64,000 nucleotides of DNA from Phycisphaerae bacterium (GTDB lineage Bacteria; Planctomycetota; Phycisphaerae; UBA1845; Fen-1342): positions 148,739 to 212,738 of the forward strand of contig JASFQK010000002.1 of NCBI GenBank assembly GCA_050115495.1, written 5' to 3'. Shown here one piece after another: positions 17,737-27,035 of this stretch. The notes below the pieces were generated by a model. That model searched no databases, was not told where the DNA came from, and was given only the letters and a program-made list of their open reading frames with translations. Within the stretch, counting starts at the first letter, position 1; the number at the start of each line of letters is the position of its first letter. The translations under genes were made by a program, and so were the position numbers.

Positions 17737-19022
17737 GAAGGTGTCGAGCCGCCGGCGGGGTGGCCGAGGTCCGCGTGAAGCCGCCGCATTTGCAGGGCTC
17801 CCCACATGAAACCGACGGCCGCCAGCAGCAACGGCCATACGAAGCTGCCGGTGAGCTTGTATATCCCCATGCCGAGACCCTCGAACAGCACGCCGCGCAC
17901 GCCGACGAGAGTGGCATGGATGGCGGCATACTGAGGCACTTTCTCTGATGTCCCGGCGAGCGTCACGGGTCCCAGCGTCCAGCCGAACATGACGCCGCCC
18001 AGCCCGACGCCCCACACAACCGACGCCGCCGCCACGCCGCCCGGCCCGCCCGCGGCCAGCAGCATTAGCGGATAAGCCGCCAATACGGCGAACGACAGAG
18101 CCGACGTCCGTATCGGGCCGAAGCGGTCGAGGAGGAAGCCCGCCGGCAACGTGCAGAGCAGCGTGGCCAGCTTGGTGACCATGAGCGTCGAGTGGGCGTA
18201 GTCCTCGTAACGCATGCCGAGCCGGTCGGTGGCCAGCACGGGGAGCAGGGCGTCGCAGATCATGTACGCCGCCCCGTACGTCATAAAGGCGATCTCATAG
18301 CGCAGGAACGCCCGATCGGCCCGCAGCACGCGGCGCATGTGCCAGACCGGTTCGAGCAGGACCTTCCAGGAGCGGGGCGGCTCGGCGAGCACGTCGTGGT
18401 CGGCCTGTGTGCGGCGGACGAGCTGCCACAGGAGGACGATGCCGGCTAACTGCACCGCCGTCGCCGCCGGGAAGTAGATGCGAAACGCCTCTGGGTCGGC
18501 TTCGAGCCAGCGGCCGACGACGTAGATAGCCAGAACGCTGCCGACGAGCGTGGCCAGGTTCAGCACGGCGAACATGCGTCCGCGCACAGCGTCCGCGTAG
18601 AAGTGCTTCAGCAGCCGGCCGTTGAGCGGCGTCCAGCCGGCGTAACCGGCGGCGCCTGCCACGTGGCAGAGCAGCAGGGCCCAGTAGCCGTGCACGAAAC
18701 CGATGCAGCCCAGCGGCAACGCCGCACTCAGCCAGAAGATGACCAGATAGCGGCGGAGCGTCACGCGGCGGAGCAGCTCTGCCCAGAAGATCGAGCTCAT
18801 CATGAACGTGGGCAACGCCGCCGTGACGAGCATCGTTTGCCAGTCGCGATCGTCGTTGTCGGCGGCGCCGAAGCGCAGCCGCACCAGCAGCGGCACCAGC
18901 CACAGCACGTTGGCGAACAGAATCGAGTGCAGGAACATGTAGACGACGTGGCCGGCCAGCAGCAGACCCGGACGGGGCGCCGCCGTGGACGATACGCCAG
19001 TGTCGGGCTGCGTGTGGCTCAT
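17737..19022 (-). CDS. MFS transporter, interrupted in its last codons by ISAs1 (now reads through to 17466)
   Basis: About 12 TM helices; 'RGRMFAVLN' and 'GFLLDRFGP' MFS-like loop motifs. Confidence 0.8.
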
Positions 19023-19065
19023 GCGGACCCGAACGCGTCACCGGTGGCGGGCGCCGCCGTTTGCG

Positions 19066-20490
19066 TCACGACCCTCCGTCGTCGTCGCCGACGTAGCCGA
19101 GCGAGCGCAGGCGATCCAGCACCTGCGGGTCGATGCCCTCGCCGAAGGGCTTGTCGACGAAGGGGTCGAGCGCTTCGAGGGCGGTGAGCAGGCGGCGAGC
19201 TTGGTCGGCATGCTCGCTGAACACGTTGCGGGCCTCATGCGGATCGTCGGTGAGGTGGAAGAGCTCGCTCTGCTGTGGGTGGCGTGGGCGGAAGATCAGC
19301 TTCCACTCGCGGCTCATCATGCAGTGCAGCAAATCGTCGAGCGGCCGCCGGGCCAGCAGCCGCTGGGCGTTCAGGTCGTACAGGATCAGGGCGTCGGCGT
19401 AGGCCATGCGCGGCAGATCCGACTGGCCCTGGAGGAGCGGGCGGAGACTGAGGCCGTCGACGGGTGCGGGCGACGCCACGCCCAGCGCTTCGAGCACCGT
19501 CGGATAGATGTCCATTTCACGCACGAGGTCGCCGATGACCTGGTTGCGCGGCCCGTCGGGCAGGCGGACAATGTACGGCACGCGGATCTGCTCCTGGTAG
19601 AGGATGCGGTGGTGCCAGTGGTTGTGATCGCCGAGCCCTTCTCCGTGGTCGCCCAGGACCACGATGATGGTGTTGTCGTAGCGCTTCGACTTCTTCAATT
19701 CGTCCAGGACGCGCCCGAATTGGGCGTCCATGTAGTCCACTTCGGCCGTGTAAAGGGCGCGCATCTCGTCTTCGCGCGAGGCGCCCGGCGCGGGCCGGTA
19801 CTTGTCCAGGTACTCCGCCGGCGGGACCAGCACGCCGTCGTGCGGATCCCAGTAGTGGATCCAGAGGAAGAAGGGATCCTTCGTCTGCTTCAGCCAGGCG
19901 AGTGCGGCGTCGGTGGTGCCGTCGGAGCGGCGCTGGTTGGCGGCGACGTCGTAGCCCCACACGCCGTCCTCACCCTTGGTCATGACGTTGTCGACGCCGT
20001 GGCCCAGGCCGTTGTCGAAATGGGCGAAGCCGCGATCGAACCCGTAGAATTCGGAGACGGGGAACGCGCTGAGGACGGCGCCCGTGTGCCAGCCCTTCTC
20101 GCCGAGCACGGTGGCCAGCGTGGGGACGGCGTCGGGCAGACGATAGCCCGAAGCCGCGTACAGCACACGCACGCCGTGATGCTGCGGCAGCAGGCCGGTC
20201 AGGATCGAAGCGTGCGACACGGGTGTCAGCGCCGCCTGCACGATGCCCATGTCAAAGCGCGTTCCGTCGGCGGCGAGTGCGTCGAGATTCGGCGTCGTCT
20301 TCTGCGGGAAGCCGTAGCAGCTCAGGTAATCCGCCCGCGTCGTGTCGAGTGTGACCACGAGCACGTTGTACTTGGGCGGCGCCGCGGTCTTGTCGTTGCC
20401 GCTGCCGCCGCAGCCGGCGACAGCCGCTAGTGCCACCACCCACCACAGATAACGCAGGCCCCGGTATGGCCCGATTTTCCCAGCACGCAT
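19066..20490 (-). CDS. Sulfatase-like (alkaline phosphatase superfamily) lipoprotein
   Basis: Lipobox VAGC; LDTTRADYLSCYG, TPNLD, TPVSHASILTG, HYWDPH, GDHGE. Confidence 0.88.
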   Translation of the reverse strand: MRAGKIGPYRGLRYLWWVVALAAVAGCGGSGNDKTAAPPKYNVLVVTLDTTRADYLSCYGFPQKTTPNLDALAADGTRFDMGIVQAALTPVSHASILTGLLPQHHGVRVLYAASGYRLPDAVPTLATVLGEKGWHTGAVLSAFPVSEFYGFDRGFAHFDNGLGHGVDNVMTKGEDGVWGYDVAANQRRSDGTTDAALAWLKQTKDPFFLWIHYWDPHDGVLVPPAEYLDKYRPAPGASREDEMRALYTAEVDYMDAQFGRVLDELKKSKRYDNTIIVVLGDHGEGLGDHNHWHHRILYQEQIRVPYIVRLPDGPRNQVIGDLVREMDIYPTVLEALGVASPAPVDGLSLRPLLQGQSDLPRMAYADALILYDLNAQRLLARRPLDDLLHCMMSREWKLIFRPRHPQQSELFHLTDDPHEARNVFSEHADQARRLLTALEALDPFVDKPFGEGIDPQVLDRLRSLGYVGDDDGGS

Positions 20491-20648
20491 CAGCATACCC
20501 CGGGTCAGGTTAGCCGAAGGAACACGCCCAGCCGGCCAGCCACCCCCAACGATCGGCAGCCGACACACGACCACTTCCCGCCGGTCCCCGGCGACACGCC
20601 GAGCACCGACTCCATTCATTATATGAGGCGCACCGGCGGCTCACCAGT

Positions 20649-21557
20649 TCAGGCGCCGGCTGCGTCCGATAGCGGCTTGACGGCGTGCACTGTCACCACG
20701 TCCGCCAGCGTCATCGGCAGGACCAGCCGGCCGAGCGGCCCCAGCCGGGGCGAAACGTAGCGCCGGCCGCCGGCCATCGCCTCCAACCGTTCGACCAGGT
20801 AACGCAGCGTGTACCAGCAGATTTCGTAGCGCTGGCCGGCGGGTTCGAGACCGGCGCCCCGCAGCAAATGGCGCAGACTGGCAGGATTGAAGAACCACAG
20901 ATGCTCGGGCAGCGTGAACAGGTGCCAGCGCGATCGGCTCAATCGGGCCGCCAGGCTCGCCGCATCGCCCGTGCTGAGCAGGAGCAGACCGCCCGGTCGC
21001 AGCACGTCGGCGACGGCGGTCAGCGCTGCCGACGGGTCGGGCAGGTGTTCGAGCACGTCCCACATCGTAACCACGTCGAACGGCCCGTCGGGCAGATCCG
21101 CGCGGCAAATGTGCCCTTGGCGCACGTCCTGGCCGAGTTCACGCCGGGCGAATTCGATGGCATACGTCGAGATTTCCACGCCGCTGGCGACGAAGCCCGC
21201 CTGCTGCGCCGCGGCGACGAAGTAGCCCGGGCCGCAGCCGGCGTCGAGCAGGCGTAGTTGCGCTCCCGCCGGCGAAGCGCCCCGCCGAAGCTGACGCGCA
21301 ATCCACGACAGGCGCTGCCCGTGCGTGCGCGTCATCGCCTGGGCGAGCGAGAAGTAGTCCGCATAACCCCGCCCGGTCTCCGTGCTCCGCCAGTAATCGG
21401 CGTCGTAGATGGCGGCGAGGTCGACGCCCGCCCACGCCCACGTGCCGAGGCCGCAGTCGGAGCAGCGCACGAGTTGCGTGCCGCGCACGTTGTGCCACGG
21501 GCGGAAGTCGCCGCCGCCACACGCCGGGCACGTGGCCGGCACGCCGTCGGCGGTCAT
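20649..21557 (-). CDS. Class I SAM-dependent methyltransferase with N-terminal Zn ribbon
   Basis: CPACG...CSDCG; LLDAGCGPG; DVLEH; LRPGG; ATG overlaps the GT2 stop (ATGA). Confidence 0.88.
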   Translation of the reverse strand: MTADGVPATCPACGGGDFRPWHNVRGTQLVRCSDCGLGTWAWAGVDLAAIYDADYWRSTETGRGYADYFSLAQAMTRTHGQRLSWIARQLRRGASPAGAQLRLLDAGCGPGYFVAAAQQAGFVASGVEISTYAIEFARRELGQDVRQGHICRADLPDGPFDVVTMWDVLEHLPDPSAALTAVADVLRPGGLLLLSTGDAASLAARLSRSRWHLFTLPEHLWFFNPASLRHLLRGAGLEPAGQRYEICWYTLRYLVERLEAMAGGRRYVSPRLGPLGRLVLPMTLADVVTVHAVKPLSDAAGA

Positions 21558-22564
21558 GGGGTGGATGCGTCCGGCTTGGCGTGATTTGGCGCCGGCTGCG
21601 CTGGCTTGGCTTCGGCCAGCTCGCGCACGACGTACAGCGGGCGATGCTTGACCTCTTCGTACACGCGGCCGACGTATTCGGCGACCATGCCCAGGCAGAT
21701 CAACTGCACGCCGCCGAGGATCAGGATGGTGATGATCAGGGCCGGCCAGCCGCTGGCGATCTCGTCGCGGCCGACGAAGACCAGCACGCCGAGGATGTAG
21801 ATCGCGTAGACCAGGCCGAGCACGAGCGTGATCGCGCCCAGGAACATGCTCAGCCGCAGCGGCACCGTGCTGAAGCTGAAGACGCTGTCGAGTTGCAGCC
21901 GGAAGCGCTTTCGGGGCGTGTAGGCCGGCTGGCCGGCGTGGCGGGTCGCCTGATCGTACGGAATGCCGATCTGCCGGAAGCCCAGCCACGAGACCAGCCC
22001 GCGGACGAAGCGGTTTCGCTCGGGCATGCGCCGCAGGGCGTCGACGACCGCCCGATCGAGCAGGCGGAAGTCCGCCGCCTCGGCCGGGATCTGCACGTTG
22101 CACAGCCAGTTGTATAGGCGGTAGCCGAATCGTGGGCGTATGCCGCGGCGATAGGCGTAGACGACCTCGTACCCGGCCCGCCATTGGGCGAGGAACTCGG
22201 GGATGAGTTCGGGCGGGTGCTGAAGGTCGGCGTCCATAACGATGACGGCCTGGCCGCGGGCCTGGTCGTACCCGGCGCAGATCGCGGCCTGGTGGCCGAA
22301 GTTCCGGCTGAACAGCACGCCGCGAACGTGCGGGTCGGCGGCCACCAGTCGGCGAATCTCGTCGGCGGTGCCGTCGCGGCTGCCGTCGTCGATGAGGAGA
22401 ATCTCGTGTTCTGGCGCGGATTGTCGCAGACTGGCGGCCAGCCGCCGGTGCAACTCGGCCAAGCCGGGCCGTTCGTTGAAGCAGGGCACGACGACGCTGA
22501 CGGTCGGCGAAGATCCGCCAGCCGGCGCCTGCAAGCCGCGTTGTCCGCCAGACTGCCCGCTCAC
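21554..22564 (-). CDS. Glycosyltransferase family 2 (ArnC/GtrB-like polyprenol-phosphate glycosyltransferase)
   Basis: VVPCFNE, DDGSRD, SRNFGHQAA, MDADLQHPP, two C-terminal TMs, EYVGRVYEEVKHRPLY. Confidence 0.93.
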   Translation of the reverse strand: MSGQSGGQRGLQAPAGGSSPTVSVVVPCFNERPGLAELHRRLAASLRQSAPEHEILLIDDGSRDGTADEIRRLVAADPHVRGVLFSRNFGHQAAICAGYDQARGQAVIVMDADLQHPPELIPEFLAQWRAGYEVVYAYRRGIRPRFGYRLYNWLCNVQIPAEAADFRLLDRAVVDALRRMPERNRFVRGLVSWLGFRQIGIPYDQATRHAGQPAYTPRKRFRLQLDSVFSFSTVPLRLSMFLGAITLVLGLVYAIYILGVLVFVGRDEIASGWPALIITILILGGVQLICLGMVAEYVGRVYEEVKHRPLYVVRELAEAKPAQPAPNHAKPDASTP

Positions 22565-22705
22565 CTGAGCACTCCAACCGCCGTCGCCGCCGTTGCCGCA
22601 CGTGCGACGCCGTCGAAACCTAGCTCAAACGGGGTGCGGTGTCCATCGGGGCGGGGCGCGATGGTTGGGGGCGAATCCGGTTGCGTATCGGTCAGCGCCG
22701 GGGGC

Positions 22706-23713
22706 CTAGTCTCGTTTGTGTTGGGCGGCCTTGCTCCGCATGCGTTCCGCCGCCGGGCGGACGGATATCGTGCACTGCCACTTCATCTCTTGCTCCGAGA
22801 CGTTGGGTTCGCCGTCGTCGATCTTGTCGGCGGTTTCGACGGTCTCCGCCCGTTCGGTGTACGCCCACGTGAAGCGCATGAGGCCCAGGTTGCCGAGGTC
22901 GAATTCCACCGAGCCGTGGGCGTCCTTGTACTGGCGGTTGCGGTAGCGTACACCCCAGAGGCGCTCCGCGCGCTGCGGCGCTGACGAGGCGACCGGCTCA
23001 AGCGTGCACGAGACGCGGGCGCGGTTCGATTGCCCCTGGTCGATCTCCTCCAGTTTGAACGTGTGGCGGTCTGGACCGCGGTAGGTCTCCAGCGTCCGTT
23101 GCCAGCAGTCGTCGACGCGCACGTCCTTGAACGCGTAGACCATGGCCACCGTGTTCCAGGCCGTGGCCAGCTCTTCGCTGTCGAGAACCGACCGAAGGTG
23201 TGCCGGGTTCGCATCGTCGCCGGCGGCCCGCTCCGCCGCGGCCAGTATTTCCTTGGCGCCGTCGACGCGTTGTACGACGCCGTTGCGATCGAGCTCGACG
23301 GAGTACGTGCGTCCCAGCAGGTGGGCCAGGGCGGCGGCGTCTGGGTCCTCTGCCTTGGACAGGTCCATCGTGTCTGAGTCGGCCTGGATGACGTTGACCC
23401 CGTATTCCACGTTCACTGCGATGCGGTCGAAGGTGACGTCGAGCTTGAAGCCGCCTTCCGGCAGCCGGGCGCGTACGCGGCACAAGCTGCCCCACGTCTC
23501 GGTCACCCGCATGGGCGGCGGCGGTGGCGTGGTGGCGGGTGAGAGGCGCTGAAATACGGCTTCTCCCTGCCATTCCACGTAAAACTCCTGTCCGACGTCC
23601 CAGGTCGGTCGCAGCGACAGGACGTCATCCTCGCCGTCGTTGGCGCTGGCGCCGGCTGTGATTACGAGGGCGAGCAGCACAGCGGTGTTTCGGAGCTGAC
23701 GTAACGTGTTCAT
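22706..23713 (-). CDS. Secreted hypothetical protein
   Basis: Signal peptide (ASA|N); GAGGAGG RBS; beta-rich mature region. Confidence 0.7.
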   Translation of the reverse strand: MNTLRQLRNTAVLLALVITAGASANDGEDDVLSLRPTWDVGQEFYVEWQGEAVFQRLSPATTPPPPPMRVTETWGSLCRVRARLPEGGFKLDVTFDRIAVNVEYGVNVIQADSDTMDLSKAEDPDAAALAHLLGRTYSVELDRNGVVQRVDGAKEILAAAERAAGDDANPAHLRSVLDSEELATAWNTVAMVYAFKDVRVDDCWQRTLETYRGPDRHTFKLEEIDQGQSNRARVSCTLEPVASSAPQRAERLWGVRYRNRQYKDAHGSVEFDLGNLGLMRFTWAYTERAETVETADKIDDGEPNVSEQEMKWQCTISVRPAAERMRSKAAQHKRD

Positions 23714-23886
23714 GTCTGTCGCGAAGCCTCCCTCAATCGTGCCCCGAGTGCGGGCGGCAGGCGCTGCCCGCGACGACCTGCACGGCAGTATAACCGGTCC
23801 GGGGCCACGCGGCGGCGTGTCCGGCCGCGGTTTTCGCCATGTTGCCGGGGACTCTGCTCGGCGCGATCCCGCGTCACTGGCGGCGG

Positions 23887-26265
23887 CTAGGGGGCGGTCG
23901 GTTTCTTGCGGGGGAGTTCGCCGAGATACCAGGATGTGTAGGGCGGCAGGGGGTTGTCGGGTTTGTCGGGCGTGCGTTCGTACATCTTGTAGACGTCGGG
24001 GCTAGGGGTGTCGGTGACTGCGCCGGTGACTCCGTCGATGAGCCATGTGCGGCCTGCCTTCCCCCGTGTTGGGTCGGTGCGTTCGCTGGATGTCGGCCCG
24101 ACACGGACATTCAAGTGAACGCTCTCATCGCCGTTCCGGCCGTCATCCAGTTGGACCAGGGCATGCTTGGGTAGGGGTATGGGCGCGTAACCGTCCTGCA
24201 TCGGCGGCAGTACACAGTAGTACCACACCGGGCGCAGCGGAGCCGGAGTGGTTTCTGGTGGATCCGGTTCCTGCACGATGTACCCGCGCGTGATGAACTC
24301 CTGCACGGGCTCGATGGCGAAGACGACGACCGGGTGGGGCGGCTCGATGGGTACACTCTCGACAAACCGATCCACGTAGAACGCTTCGCCGTTGACACCA
24401 GCAATAACCAGGCGTCGCGGCTTCGCCAGCCAGTATAGGTCGTTGACGTCTACCTCCGCCCACGCGCGGTAGAGGAGCGTGCCGTCAAGCCGGTGCACGC
24501 AGATGGCGGCGTGGGTCACACCGGGGTGCTGGAACACGGCAACCAACTCGTCGGCCGTGCCGCCGTCCGGTTCCGGGAACACGTCTGCCAGAATGGCGTG
24601 TTTGGCCCCGAAGTCCTCTCCATGGAACCGCTGCTCCGCCGGGCGAGCCTGCCGCTCAATGAGGGAAAGCGGGACGTCGTCGTCCTTGATTCGCAGCGAT
24701 TGATAGGGGCGCTCGCGGCTCCGGTTCAGATCGTAGAAGGCGAAGCAGTTCCTGTTGGCTCCCTGGGCGAGCGGCGAATAGCCGATGATGACCAGCGGAC
24801 CGCCGCTCGGCGCCGCCGGCGCGGCGAGGAATTTGGCATACGCGATCGCGTCCAAGGCCCCTCCCCACCATGTGTGCAGTACAACGCCCATGGGGGTCCT
24901 GAGCTGCACGGCGTCATGGTCGCCGACAATCACGACGCGATCCGGCCGCATGGTCGTGTACCACACGGCAATCGCGCTGGCCGCGACCGTAAGGCCGAGG
25001 ATCAGCATGCACGCGGCCAACGTCGTGAGCAGCGGATGCCGCACCAGCCAGTGAACGACGCGCCGGGCTGCCGTCGGCCGGCGGGCTTCGATAGGCTCGC
25101 CGGCGAGATGCCGCCGGATGTCCTGGCCCAAGTCGGCGGCGGAGACGTAGCGGCGCGCGGGGTCCTTCTCCAACGCTCGCAGCAGGATCGCTTCGACGTC
25201 GCCACGCAGTCGCCGGTTGATCTGGCTCGGCCGACGCGGCGACGTCTCCTTGATGGCTCGGATCGCCGCGTAGACCGTCGTGCCGGACGTGTCGTACGGC
25301 GCCGTGCCGGTGAGCAGCTCGTACACCACGACACCCAGCGAGTAGACGTCGCTCCGCGTGTCGATGTTCGCCGAGTGGCCGTCGCACTGTTCGGGGCTCA
25401 TGTAGTGCACGGTGCCGATGAGATCGCCGGGACGCGTGTGCTGCGTGGTCATGACGATGTCGGCGTCCGAGGCCCGGGCGACGCCGAAGTCGATGACTTT
25501 CGGTTCGCCGTCGGCACCGACGAGGATGTTCGCCGGCTTGAGGTCGCGGTGGATGATGCCCTTCTGGTGGCCGTGGTGGACGGCGTCGCAGACCTTGGCG
25601 AACAGTTCGAGCCGCTGCCGTGTGCTGAGCTTCTCGGCGTCGGCGAACGCGATGAGCGAGCGGGCGTCGGCGATGTACTCCATCGCGAAGTACGGTACCG
25701 GCGGCCCCGGCGCGGCGGGATCCTGGTGCGTGCCGGCGTCGTAAACCTGGGCGATGTTCGGATGTTGCAGCCGGCCCAGCACCTCCGGTTCGAGCCGAAA
25801 GCGGGCCAGGGCGGACGGCGCGCTGAACCCCGGCCATAACACCTTGAGCGCCACCGCCCGGGCCGGATGCTCCTGCCGGGCTTCGAACACACAGCCCATA
25901 CCACCGTGACCGATCAGCCGCGTGATCGTGTACCGCCCGATTCGCCGGTCGATGAGGTTATCGGCCCATGCGGGGACATCGTCGTCCGCTGGCCGGAACG
26001 GCAGGGCGGGCGAGGCGAGGAAGCTGTCGGCGGCGCGGGCGTCGTGGTCCAGGAGCGACTCGACCTCCCGCCGCAACGCCGCATCATCACCGCAGGCTTC
26101 GTCCAGCACCGCCGCTCGGTCTTCGGGCGCCGCCGCGCTGATCTGCTCGAAGACGGTCTGCACGCGCCGCCAGAGCGGGCCGGCCTCGCCGGATGTTTGC
26201 GGCTTCTCCGCGGAAGTGCCCGGCTGTGGCGGTGGGTAGGGATCTCGGGCCCCCGGGTCGCTCAT
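23887..26265 (-). CDS. Membrane-anchored Hanks-type Ser/Thr protein kinase (ECF-associated)
   Basis: N-terminal 'ACGDDAALRREVESLL' motif; GHGGMG, HRDLKPAN, DFG, YMSPEQ, SDVYSLG; TM helix then extracytoplasmic domain. Confidence 0.95.
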   Translation of the reverse strand: MSDPGARDPYPPPQPGTSAEKPQTSGEAGPLWRRVQTVFEQISAAAPEDRAAVLDEACGDDAALRREVESLLDHDARAADSFLASPALPFRPADDDVPAWADNLIDRRIGRYTITRLIGHGGMGCVFEARQEHPARAVALKVLWPGFSAPSALARFRLEPEVLGRLQHPNIAQVYDAGTHQDPAAPGPPVPYFAMEYIADARSLIAFADAEKLSTRQRLELFAKVCDAVHHGHQKGIIHRDLKPANILVGADGEPKVIDFGVARASDADIVMTTQHTRPGDLIGTVHYMSPEQCDGHSANIDTRSDVYSLGVVVYELLTGTAPYDTSGTTVYAAIRAIKETSPRRPSQINRRLRGDVEAILLRALEKDPARRYVSAADLGQDIRRHLAGEPIEARRPTAARRVVHWLVRHPLLTTLAACMLILGLTVAASAIAVWYTTMRPDRVVIVGDHDAVQLRTPMGVVLHTWWGGALDAIAYAKFLAAPAAPSGGPLVIIGYSPLAQGANRNCFAFYDLNRSRERPYQSLRIKDDDVPLSLIERQARPAEQRFHGEDFGAKHAILADVFPEPDGGTADELVAVFQHPGVTHAAICVHRLDGTLLYRAWAEVDVNDLYWLAKPRRLVIAGVNGEAFYVDRFVESVPIEPPHPVVVFAIEPVQEFITRGYIVQEPDPPETTPAPLRPVWYYCVLPPMQDGYAPIPLPKHALVQLDDGRNGDESVHLNVRVGPTSSERTDPTRGKAGRTWLIDGVTGAVTDTPSPDVYKMYERTPDKPDNPLPPYTSWYLGELPRKKPTAP

Positions 26266-26307
26266 CCTCTTCTCCCGCCGGCGGGCAGCGGCGGCCCGCC
26301 CCGTGTC

Positions 26308-26871
26308 TCAGGACAACTCGCGGTGGAGCCAGGCTTTGGCGAAGCGCCATTCGCTGTCGATCTGTCGCGGCGAGACGCCGAGGACCTCCGCGGTTTCGTC
26401 GATCGTCAAGCCGCAGTAGTAGCGCAGGCGGACGATCTCAGCCTTCCGCTCGTCGTGCGCCCGCAGCTTCTCGATCGCCTCGTCGATGGCCAGCGTCGCC
26501 GCCGGGTCAATATCAAAGGCGGCGGCGGGCCCCTCGAGTTCGGCTCGCTGCCGACCGCCACCGCGTTTCTGTCTTCCACGTCTACGTGCGTCATCGACGA
26601 GGAAACAGCGCATGGCATTTGCGGCGGCGGCGAAGAAATGTCGGCGATTCGCGGGCATGCCGGCTCCATCGTGCCCCACGAGCCGCAGGTAAGCCTCCTG
26701 CACGAGCACGGTCGTCTGTAAGTCCTCCCGGCGGCCCTGCTGGGCCATGCGGGCCCGGGCAACGCGGTGCAGCTCGTCGTACACAACGCGCCACAACCGC
26801 TCCGCCGCGGCGGCGTCACCGCTTCCGGCAGCTTTGAGCAAAGATGTAATCTGACTCCGTTGCCCGTCCAC
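26308..26871 (-). CDS. ECF-type sigma factor (planctomycete kinase-associated class)
   Basis: 'ITSLL...VYDELHRVA...LQTTVLVQEAYLRL...FFAAAANAMR..LVD.AR...KRGGG'; region 4 'LRYYCGLTIDETAEVLGVS...WRFAKAWL'. Confidence 0.92.
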   Translation of the reverse strand: MDGQRSQITSLLKAAGSGDAAAAERLWRVVYDELHRVARARMAQQGRREDLQTTVLVQEAYLRLVGHDGAGMPANRRHFFAAAANAMRCFLVDDARRRGRQKRGGGRQRAELEGPAAAFDIDPAATLAIDEAIEKLRAHDERKAEIVRLRYYCGLTIDETAEVLGVSPRQIDSEWRFAKAWLHRELS

Positions 26872-27035
26872 ACCCGGCCCCTCAGCGTTCGAGCACGGCC
26901 ACGCAGCGCCATCGTACCATAGTCCTTCGGCGGGCGCATTCACCTGATGCGGCGTGACGCAGAAGTCTTCAGGTTGTTGTGTGGTGCGCACCCGGGCCTC
27001 AGGTGTAGCCCGGGCCTCTGTGGAGTGGTCGGTTG

